Source: an uncultured Chloroflexia bacterium
Lineage (GTDB): Bacteria > Chloroflexota > Anaerolineae > B4-G1 > SLSP01
Assembly: GCA_963751345.1 (NCBI GenBank)
Contig: CAVVUS010000001.1
Span: 1 to 64,000, forward strand
Length of the DNA: 64,000 bases
Reading direction: 5' to 3'
How positions within the stretch are numbered: the stretch's first letter is position 1; every line of letters starts with the position of its first letter. The translations under genes were made by a program, and so were the position numbers. The notes under the pieces are model-generated. The model worked only from the letters and a program-made list of their open reading frames with translations. It ran no database searches and was not told the origin of the DNA. This document shows positions 21,878-29,479 of this stretch, in pieces.

Positions 21878-22904
21878 CGGTCACCCCATAGTGGGTCGGC
21901 TTCTCCAGGACCGGCCCTCCGCGTCGAATCCAATCGGCCTGCCAGCGGATCATCGTGTCGAGGGGAACTGAAGGATAGCCGAACCGCGCGGCGGCTTCTC
22001 CGGCGTTGCTCAGGTACATACCCCTTTCACTTGCCTCACCGACGAAACGGGCCTCGGTGTCGAAAAGCTCTGCGAAGCGTTCGGCAATAGACCGGACCGG
22101 CGCCGTCTCCGGACCGGTGACGTTCAGGATGGCAGGAGGTGTGTCGCACAATTCGAGGGCCAACAGCGCCTGGCGGTTCGCGTCGCCCTGCCAGATGAGG
22201 TTGACGTGGCTCACCGTCAAATCGACGGGGTCACCTGCGTAGACACGACAGCCTATGTCGTACAACACACCGTAGCGGAGGCCGACGGCGTAATTCAGAC
22301 GCAGGAAACACATCTGACACCCCGTGGCACGACTCCAGTATTCGAAGATCCGCTCGCGCCCGAGACACGACTGCGCATACTCCCCCACCGGATCGGGCGG
22401 CGTAGCCTCGGTACAGCCACCCGTCGCCGGCTTGACCAGGGGATAGACGCACCCTGTGGAAAAGACGACCAGGCGACTGTCCCGGAAATGACTCGCCACG
22501 TTGCTCGGCACCAGGACGTTCGTCGCCCACGTGAGGTACTCGCTGCCCCCGGTGCCGAACTTGCGACCGACCATATAAATGACGTTCTCAACCTGCGGGA
22601 GCTGCGCGACACCGCTCTGATCGAGCAGATCGCACGGGATGGTCCTTACGCCGTGATCCTCGAGGTAAGCCCTGGCCTCGGGTGCGGAAAACCTCGACAC
22701 GCCGAACACCCGCTTTGCGCAGCCCGCTTGGCATATGGCACGTGCGGCGGCCACCCCTAGTGTGGTGCCCATCTTTCCGCCAATGCCGAGAACGATGATG
22801 TCCCCACGTAGACGCGTCATCAGGGCGGTCAGAGCCTCCGACGGCTCCGCAAGGAGAGCGTCAAGGGCGTCCTCACTTTCAATCATCTGCGGCAGCTCTC
22901 GCAT
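21864..22904 (-). CDS. NAD-dependent epimerase/dehydratase family protein
   Basis: LGIGGKMG Rossmann motif, GRKFGT, FSTGCVY, GEYAQSCLGRER, RLNYA; overlaps the aldolase start. Confidence 0.85.
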   Translation of the reverse strand: MRELPQMIESEDALDALLAEPSEALTALMTRLRGDIIVLGIGGKMGTTLGVAAARAICQAGCAKRVFGVSRFSAPEARAYLEDHGVRTIPCDLLDQSGVAQLPQVENVIYMVGRKFGTGGSEYLTWATNVLVPSNVASHFRDSRLVVFSTGCVYPLVKPATGGCTEATPPDPVGEYAQSCLGRERIFEYWSRATGCQMCFLRLNYAVGLRYGVLYDIGCRVYAGDPVDLTVSHVNLIWQGDANRQALLALELCDTPPAILNVTGPETAPVRSIAERFAELFDTEARFVGEASERGMYLSNAGEAAARFGYPSVPLDTMIRWQADWIRRGGPVLEKPTHYGVTDGQF

Positions 22905-23053
22905 AGATACCGACCCCCGCTCAACGTCCTCTCGACCTAATAGCACTTCGGGAAGGATACACCCAACCAGCGTGATAACCAACTCAGCCCCAACGGAGCC
23001 AACGCATGCCGCCGGAAGCCCAAACGGCACAATTGGCGCGCTCTGTTATCCTG

Positions 23054-23062
23054 TGATACGAT
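23054..23062 (+). promoter_or_regulatory. Putative extended -10 promoter (TGaTACGAT) for the response regulator cluster
   Basis: TGn plus a near-consensus -10 box about 110 nt upstream of the ATG at 23170. Confidence 0.35.
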
Positions 23063-23169
23063 AGTCAGATGGGTGCACGGGAAGCGGTCACACCCACCGG
23101 CCTCAAGTTACACGAAGCAAGCTAGGTGGCCGGCAGGCTACTTGTGGCGGAAGAGGAAGACGCGAAAGT

Positions 23170-23568
23170 ATGGATCACTGCAAACGTATCCTGGTTGTAG
23201 ATGACGACGATCGCGTCAGATTTGTCCTGACCGATGTATTGCGGAAACTCGGGAGTGACTACGAGATCGTAGCCGCAGGCAGTTGTCGTGAAGCTCTCTC
23301 CCTGGCCCAGGAATCGAGATTCGATCTGATGATTACGGATTTGCGGCTGCCGAGATCGGACGGTCTGGCCCTCACCTCAGCTCTTGCGAAGCTGAGCCCG
23401 GACACCAAGGTCATCTGGATCACGGCGCACGGCTGCTATCACTATCGGGCGTCAGCCAAACGGCTCGAAGTCGAGCGGTGTTTGGACAAGCCGCTGGAGA
23501 TCCAGAGCATTCGTCAGGCTGCGCTGGACGCCCTACGTAACGGCCATAATCGATACATGAAGACTTGA
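23170..23568 (+). CDS. Single-domain (CheY-like) response regulator
   Basis: ILVVDDD, DLMITDLRLP (phospho-Asp), ITAHG, LDKP. Confidence 0.88.
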   Translation: MDHCKRILVVDDDDRVRFVLTDVLRKLGSDYEIVAAGSCREALSLAQESRFDLMITDLRLPRSDGLALTSALAKLSPDTKVIWITAHGCYHYRASAKRLEVERCLDKPLEIQSIRQAALDALRNGHNRYMKT

Positions 23569-23668
23569 CGGCATCTCTCTCGCCTCATACATCTAGCCAA
23601 TGCACCGAACTTCGGGGGTGAGGGGAATATCCTCACCCCCGAGGGGTTTCTGCAGAGCGGTGACGGAC

Positions 23669-24181
23669 ATGAAAGACTCCGAGATCGTCGATCGAGAATT
23701 CAGGCATAACAAGACAAGATACGTAGTCCAGTGCTTGTTAGCCACCCTGTGTATTCTTGCCATTCTACTGACGTTGGACATCATTAAGCACACCGTCTCA
23801 ATAGCTTCACTGGGCGCCAGCTCCTTCATCGCCTTCGCTATGCCTCACCGGAGAGCGTCACAGCCGAGGCTGCTCGTTGGCGGTTACCTGATCGGTACTC
23901 TATTCGGTTGTCTCTGCTTTGCCGGAGCGACGGGCCTGGCCGGCGTGTGGCCATCCATAAGCCACGTTGCCGTTGAGACATTCTTCGCAGCCCTGGCTGC
24001 CGGCCTGACCATCTTCGGAATGGTTGTAACCCAGAGCGAGCATCCACCGGCAGCAGGGCTTGCTTTGGGATTCGTGATCAACGGCTGCGATCTTCGCACA
24101 ATCGTCGTCGTCATGCTGGGGATCACAAGCCTTACCGCCATCAAGACGCTGGCCAAACCGCTGCTCATTGACCTAACGTAA
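23669..24181 (+). CDS. HPP family membrane protein
   Basis: ASLGASSFIAF..P...SQPR, SEHPPAAG motif, several TM helices. Confidence 0.85.
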   Translation: MKDSEIVDREFRHNKTRYVVQCLLATLCILAILLTLDIIKHTVSIASLGASSFIAFAMPHRRASQPRLLVGGYLIGTLFGCLCFAGATGLAGVWPSISHVAVETFFAALAAGLTIFGMVVTQSEHPPAAGLALGFVINGCDLRTIVVVMLGITSLTAIKTLAKPLLIDLT

Positions 24182-24211
24182 TGACTCGACGTAAATGCGG
24201 AGGCAGAAAGC

Positions 24212-24526
24212 ATGGAAAACCAGAAGGAACGCCTGACGCAGGAACTGCAAGCGCTGGATGAGCAAATTGCCACACTGAAGCAGGCCCTTACCGTGAAACC
24301 GGAATACGGCATGGGCAAGGGCGATCCGGCGATCACGCAATGGGAGCTTGATCAGGCCATGCTTGAGCGTCTGGAGCGACACTCAGACACACTGAGGCAG
24401 GCCCTCGATCGTCTCAAGGCAGGCACCTACGGCATCTGCGAGCGCTGCGGGAAGCCTATCAACCCGGAACGCCTTGCCGTACTGCCTGACACAACCCTAT
24501 GTATGGCCTGTGCTCAAAAGGGGTAA
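24212..24526 (+). CDS. TraR/DksA family C4 zinc-finger transcription factor
   Basis: Coiled coil followed by GTYGICERCGKPINPERLAVLPDTTLCMAC. Confidence 0.88.
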   Translation: MENQKERLTQELQALDEQIATLKQALTVKPEYGMGKGDPAITQWELDQAMLERLERHSDTLRQALDRLKAGTYGICERCGKPINPERLAVLPDTTLCMACAQKG

Positions 24527-24658
24527 AGAGGAACCAGCGCCGCTCCGAAGACGTCGACATCCACCACAACACCACCCAGCCATCTTCGGCGTCGCTCGAT
24601 AGGTAAGATACCACCGTCGAGCAGCGTCTATACGCCAGAAGTTCCTATAGCTCTGAAT

Positions 24659-24688
24659 TTGCGAATGCCGTCGAATGACTGGTATAAT
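24659..24688 (+). promoter_or_regulatory. Sigma70-type promoter upstream of the sigma factor gene
   Basis: TTGCGA-18 nt-TATAAT, with TG extension (tggTATAAT). Confidence 0.6.
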
Positions 24689-24726
24689 AGGTGTTTTGGT
24701 AAAGGAGACGTCAGATAGACGAAGCT

Positions 24727-25884
24727 ATGGAAGCGATAGACTTACGCGAAGACCTAGACGGCTTCGATGATACAACTGAAGCATACGATGAGGAAATCGA
24801 GGAGGAGGAGGAAGAGCAAGAGAATGACCTCCTTTCTTTGGATGAGATCTTTGGAGTAGACTCCGATGAGGAGGGACTCGAAGGAGATGCACTGGACGAC
24901 TTTCACCTCTTTTTCCAGGATGAGGAAGCCGAAGAGGAAGATCTCGATGAAGACGAACCCATCGTGGACATCAGTAACATCGCAGCCAATGACTCACTGA
25001 GTCTCTATCTCCAGGAAATGGGGCGGGTGCCGTTATTGTCCCGTGATGAGGAGATTGAGTTAGCCATATATATGGAGCAAGGTCGAGAGGCCCAGCAGAA
25101 GCTGGCCACTGACCGACACGATCCTGCAAATATCGATGAGTTGGAGGATGAGATTCGGCTCGGGCAGGAAGCCCGACGGCACTTGATCGAGGCCAACACG
25201 CGCCTGGTTGTCAGCGTCGCCAAGAGGTATCGTGGCTACGGTCTGCAGTTCCTGGATCTGATCCAGGCCGGCAACGTGGGGCTCATTAAAGCCGTGGACA
25301 AGTTCGACTATCATCGCGGCAACCGTTTCAGCACCTATGCGACGTGGTGGATCCGCCAGGCTGTGACGCGGTCGCTGACCCAGCACGGACGCGGTATCCG
25401 TATCCCCATCCACATGAGCGATTACCTGCGAAAGCTCGACAAGATCTCGCAGAACATGGAGCAGAAGCTGGGTAGGCGTCCGACGACCGAGGAACTGGCC
25501 GAGGAAGTCAACGAGGACCCTATCAAGCTCCGCAAGATGCTGCGCCAGTCACAGACGCCGGTCTCGCTGAACAAGGAAGTGGGCGATGAGGACACGTCAG
25601 AACTGGAGCAGTTTATCGAGGACGAGTCGACCCCCACACCGGATGAATCGGCCGAGGAACGGATGTTGCACGAGCAACTGGAGCAGTTGCTGACGACGCT
25701 AGAGCCGCGCGAGGCGTGGATCCTGCGGATGCGGTTCGGCCTGCACGGAAGTAGGACACACACCCTGAAGGAACTCGGGCAGAAGCTGGGAATTTCGAAG
25801 GAACGTGTTCGCCAGATTCAGGGACAGGCATTGAGGAAACTTCGACACCCCTACCATCGACGGCAGCTTCAGGACTTCCGCTAG
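24727..25884 (+). CDS. RpoD-like (group 1/2) sigma70 factor with an acidic N-terminus
   Basis: Region 1.2 DSLSLYLQEMGRVPLLS; region 2 LIEANTRLVVSVAKRY..DLIQAGNVGL..FSTYATWWIRQA; region 4 TLKELG..SKERVRQI. Confidence 0.9.
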   Translation: MEAIDLREDLDGFDDTTEAYDEEIEEEEEEQENDLLSLDEIFGVDSDEEGLEGDALDDFHLFFQDEEAEEEDLDEDEPIVDISNIAANDSLSLYLQEMGRVPLLSRDEEIELAIYMEQGREAQQKLATDRHDPANIDELEDEIRLGQEARRHLIEANTRLVVSVAKRYRGYGLQFLDLIQAGNVGLIKAVDKFDYHRGNRFSTYATWWIRQAVTRSLTQHGRGIRIPIHMSDYLRKLDKISQNMEQKLGRRPTTEELAEEVNEDPIKLRKMLRQSQTPVSLNKEVGDEDTSELEQFIEDESTPTPDESAEERMLHEQLEQLLTTLEPREAWILRMRFGLHGSRTHTLKELGQKLGISKERVRQIQGQALRKLRHPYHRRQLQDFR

Positions 25885-25940
25885 ACTTACCCATGCCGGG
25901 CAGGTTCGCGGGCGAAGAGCAGTGTGTGATCACAGAGCGA

Positions 25941-25963
25941 GGGCACTCAACGTCTGAGTGCCC
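25941..25963. terminator. Hairpin between the convergent sigma and encapsulin genes
   Basis: gggcactca-acgtc-tgagtgccc, a perfect 9-bp stem. Confidence 0.5.
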
Positions 25964-25999
25964 CCGTTCATCACGTAATGTGGCTGTGGGCAGCCGGAG

Positions 26000-26753
26000 C
26001 TACCCCTCCAACTTGCAGATCGCGCCCGCGCGCTTGACCCGCAGTGCGACCGTCTCCAGGACGCGGAAGCAGTGGTCAAGTCCGTCGTTGCCTGTCATAG
26101 GCTGTCACGAGATCCTGCCCCACCACGAGGTCGAAATTATAGGGTGCCAGTGAGAGGACCATGCCCTGTCCATCGCCCAACAGTTGAGAGCGATAGATGC
26201 CGCCCTCGGCAACATCCTTGATAAGGTCTCCGACCAGCCGCCCCATCCCCTGTGAGACACGCTGGGTACTCACGTAGAGATCGGGGCTCAGGATGACCGC
26301 ATAGGGACCATAGAAATCATCAGAGAAGAGTGCCTCGGTCGCCGCCACGACGCTCGCCAGGGGCCCTTCCGCCTCCCCCCAGTTTCCAAGGGACACGCTC
26401 TTGTCGGCTATATCCCACAGACCGCCAAGAACCATCTTGTCCTCAGCCTTGGCGCAGGCCATCGCTGCCTGTGCAGCGGGGCCGAGCTCCAGCGGCAGAC
26501 CCAACCTGCGGCTCGCCTCGATGTCGCGCCACTTGAGTACGAATTCCTCACTGATTACTTCGATCGAGATCTGATCTCGATTCTCTCCGGACCCGACAGG
26601 AATGACCTCCATCCCCGCCCCGAATGGGCCGACAAGGTCGAGCAGCCGCCGCCCGACCAAGAACTGGCGTGCGGCACTCACAACGACCTGGTCGATCGCC
26701 TCCCACTCCGAATCCGACAATGGAACAGCACTCCGCATGAGATAGTCAGCCAT
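26000..26753 (-). CDS. Family 1 encapsulin shell protein (Linocin_M18 / EncA-like), about 250 aa; one-base frameshift near 26096
   Basis: YLMRSAVPLSDSEWEAID..ARQFLVGRRLLDLVGPFGAG, WRDIEA, AEDKMV, GPYAVILSP, DLVVGQD. The shifted frame continues GNDGLDHCFRVLETVALRVKRAGAICKLEG-stop (TAG at 26000-26002), the canonical encapsulin C-terminus. Confidence 0.9.
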
Positions 26754-26769
26754 TGGTATCCTCCTGATT

Positions 26770-27690
26770 CTACTTCAAACTACCTACGGTTAGTTCATCC
26801 TTGGATGACGCGGCCTCGGGTTCCGCCTCTTCAGCCGTCTCCATCAATTCCTTCAGCACCGTGGTCAGCAGCCCGTCCCGCGTGACGATGTTGTCGATCT
26901 CTACCTTGAGAGATTCGTGCTTCGCGATCTCCGGGTCCTGGCTGAAGGCAATCAAGCGCTCCTGTGCCTCCTCGGTCAAGGCGAGGTCCGAGGTCAGCGC
27001 TGACATGGGCGAACTGCTGAGATCCACACCCGGGTAGTCAAAGGGGAGCTCCTCGCCCGCATCGGCGACCTCCTCGGCGAAATGCGACATATTCTTCATA
27101 TGCCGCATAGCCGTCAGCTCGAGCTCACTGCCTACAGGACAGACCGGCTCACCCAGCACAAACGCCTGGCGCAGGTGCTGAAGCACGAGTTTGTAGTGAG
27201 CATCTACCTCCGTGTGGAACCGGACGATCATGTCGGGTGAGAAACTGGGCTCATCGAAGAGCAACGGCTCCTCGCCTTGGGGCCCCAGCTTCTCCAACCA
27301 CATCTCGAACCTGCGCTGATGGGTGACGGACTCCCAACCGAGCTGGTTGAGCACACGCTTGAGCTCACGCTCCTCAACCTGATCCGCCTGCTCGGCGTAC
27401 ATCTTCACCAGACCCGCCTCCCACTCGATGTAGGATCGCAGAAGAGAGGCATTTGAGGCCCCGTCATAGGGATAGATGCCCTTCTCCATAAGCGGCTCTT
27501 CGCCCTGTTCCCCGATCTCGTCCCCAAGCCAATCCATGTGCCACATCTCTTCGCGGGCCGTAGAGAGCAGCATCTCACCGAACGGCGTGGTCTCGCCCAC
27601 CTGATAGGCGTGAATCAGGTAGCGAAGAATCGAGGCGTGCTCATCCGCCAGATCCTTGTTAAGCATCTCGATAAACGCTTGTCGATCCAT
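26770..27690 (-). CDS. Tandem two-domain bacterioferritin-like encapsulin cargo with a C-terminal targeting peptide
   Basis: Domain 1 LNKDLADEH..Y..EEMWH..WE..ESVTH; an internal repeat forms domain 2; an acidic linker leads to ELTVGSLK-stop, directly upstream of the encapsulin. Confidence 0.88.
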   Translation of the reverse strand: MDRQAFIEMLNKDLADEHASILRYLIHAYQVGETTPFGEMLLSTAREEMWHMDWLGDEIGEQGEEPLMEKGIYPYDGASNASLLRSYIEWEAGLVKMYAEQADQVEERELKRVLNQLGWESVTHQRRFEMWLEKLGPQGEEPLLFDEPSFSPDMIVRFHTEVDAHYKLVLQHLRQAFVLGEPVCPVGSELELTAMRHMKNMSHFAEEVADAGEELPFDYPGVDLSSSPMSALTSDLALTEEAQERLIAFSQDPEIAKHESLKVEIDNIVTRDGLLTTVLKELMETAEEAEPEAASSKDELTVGSLK

Positions 27691-27755
27691 ACAATACCCT
27701 CCTCAGATTACGTTAGAGCGACCAAGTATGTGTTTCCGCCACGGAATCCGCAGCT

Positions 27756-27761
27756 ATTATA
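27756..27761 (-). promoter_or_regulatory. Putative -10 box (TATAAT) for the cargo-encapsulin operon
   Basis: Perfect TATAAT on the minus strand about 65 nt upstream of the cargo ATG; GAGGAGG RBS present. Confidence 0.45.
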
Positions 27762-27918
27762 TACCCAGCAACCGCCCCGCAAAGCAAGCGCGTCGGGCTG
27801 TACATATGGCGGGCCGGATGTACCATTGGGTCCTGAGAACTATGCACACCCGCGTCTTTCCCTTCGACGCCGGCCGTGCTGCTCACGACCAACTGCCCGC
27901 AGAAAGGATTCGCCAACA

Positions 27919-29355
27919 ATGATGGAGCAACTCTACCGAGAGCGCCTGACCCGCTATCTGACCGCGATGCGCAACGAAAAACCGGATATGGTCCCCATCC
28001 GGCCGTTCGTCGCCGAGTTCACCGCCAAGTACGCCGGCTTTACGTGTCAGGATGTCACCCACGACTACAACAAAGCGTTTATCGCCGCACGCAAGTGCGC
28101 CGCCGACTTCGACTGGGATGCGGTCGTCTCGAATATGGTCTACGTGTGGACCGGGCTGACGCAGGCCATCGGTCTGACCTACTATGGCGTCCCCGGCCTT
28201 GACGTCCCGCCCGACACCGGATTCCAGTACAGGGAGCCGAGTGAAGAGAATGCCTTCATGAAGGCGGACGAGTATGATGAGTTGATCGACGACCCTACCG
28301 CCTTCCTCTACAACACGTGGCTCCCGCGGGTCTCGCAGGACATCCGCCCGATGGGCGCCCCGACATCGTATCGCAACAACCTGGCCCTCGTGAAAGGTGC
28401 TACGGCGATGGCGAATTACTTCGCCGCGTACGGCCCGCACGTCGACCTGCTGCGGACCGAGAGCGGCACCGTCTCCGCCATCGCGGGCATCTTCAAGGCG
28501 CCCTTTGACATCCTGGCCGACAAGCTCCGCGGCTACATCGGGCTGACGATGGACATGGTCGAGCAGCCGGACAAGGTCCTCAAGGCCTGCGAGGCGTTGA
28601 TGCCCCACCTCTACAACACGGCCTTGACGTCGTCCGATCCCAACCACCAGGTGCCCATCGGGTACTGGATGCACCGCGGCGGCATCCCGTTCGTCTCGAG
28701 AGGACAGTTCGAGTCACACTATTGGCCTACGGTGAGGCCCATCATCGAGGAGCTGTGGCGAAACGGGCACCAAACGCTCTTCTACGCTGAGGGAGACTGG
28801 GGTCACCACCTCAACAGCTTCACCGAACTTCCCGACCACAGCATTGTCTATCACGTGGACCGGGGCGATATCTTCAAGACGCAGGAAGTACTGGGGCACA
28901 AGTTCTGCCTGAGCGGCGGCATTCCCAACTTTGAGCTCGCCTACGGCACGCCCAAGCAGGTGCGCGACATTGTCAAGAAGGTCATCGACGGCGTAGCACA
29001 GGATGGCGGCTACATCATGGATGCCAGCGCGATCATGCAGAACGACACGTCCATCGAGAACCTCAAGGCGATGACGGATGCCACGCGGGAGTACGGCGTC
29101 TACTCCGGGGTCGCCTCCCGGCTTGCCGATCTCGACGAGCAGGTCGCGCCACCACAGGACGCCGTCTTCGGCGAGAGCTATGGCATGCCCGATACCTCGG
29201 ACCTCAAGGTCCCCGCCGGACAGTGCATCCCGTGGGCTGAGAAGCGCAAGGAGATCCCCGAGATCTCCGGGGACGTGGACCTCGCCCAGCGCATCTGGGA
29301 GGAGGTCGATGCCCCGGCCAACAGCTTTATCTGGCAGGTCCTGCTCTCGTTCTGA
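27919..29355 (+). CDS. Uroporphyrinogen decarboxylase / methylcobamide methyltransferase (MtaA/CmuA-like) family protein
   Basis: AMRNEKPDMVP, APFDILADKLRG, FESHYWPT, LFYAEGDW, CLSGGIP, DGGYIMD. Confidence 0.8.
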   Translation: MMEQLYRERLTRYLTAMRNEKPDMVPIRPFVAEFTAKYAGFTCQDVTHDYNKAFIAARKCAADFDWDAVVSNMVYVWTGLTQAIGLTYYGVPGLDVPPDTGFQYREPSEENAFMKADEYDELIDDPTAFLYNTWLPRVSQDIRPMGAPTSYRNNLALVKGATAMANYFAAYGPHVDLLRTESGTVSAIAGIFKAPFDILADKLRGYIGLTMDMVEQPDKVLKACEALMPHLYNTALTSSDPNHQVPIGYWMHRGGIPFVSRGQFESHYWPTVRPIIEELWRNGHQTLFYAEGDWGHHLNSFTELPDHSIVYHVDRGDIFKTQEVLGHKFCLSGGIPNFELAYGTPKQVRDIVKKVIDGVAQDGGYIMDASAIMQNDTSIENLKAMTDATREYGVYSGVASRLADLDEQVAPPQDAVFGESYGMPDTSDLKVPAGQCIPWAEKRKEIPEISGDVDLAQRIWEEVDAPANSFIWQVLLSF

Positions 29356-29383
29356 TGACGGTAGGGGTGCACCTGTCGTTCCC

Positions 29384-29453
29384 GTAGGTTCGTAGTAACG
29401 GCTTCAGCCGTTCCGGAGAGCGGAAACCGATAAATCGGCCACTACGAACCTAC
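29384..29453. repeat. GTAG-type REP-like long hairpin
   Basis: Perfect 13-bp inverted repeat gtaggttcgtagt...actacgaacctac enclosing aacggcttcagccgtt and ccgataaatcgg sub-hairpins. Confidence 0.65.
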
Positions 29454-29479
29454 ACTGCCAGTCATAAGGAGTGTGAGTC

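Noticed and set aside
24780-24960. GAG/GAA low-complexity tract as a DNA repeat element
   Set aside because: It simply encodes the acidic N-terminus of the sigma factor.
26076-26100. Programmed frameshift or truncated encapsulin
   Set aside because: No slippery sequence; the break matches the window-wide indel error pattern and the conserved C-terminus is intact in the next frame.
26000-26753. Prophage major capsid gene (HK97 fold)
   Set aside because: No terminase, portal, protease or tail genes nearby; the adjacent cargo with an LTVGSL peptide identifies an encapsulin.
27538-27918. N-terminal extension of the URO-D-like ORF
   Set aside because: It overlaps the divergent cargo gene and promoter region; the start at 27919 follows an AAAGGA RBS.
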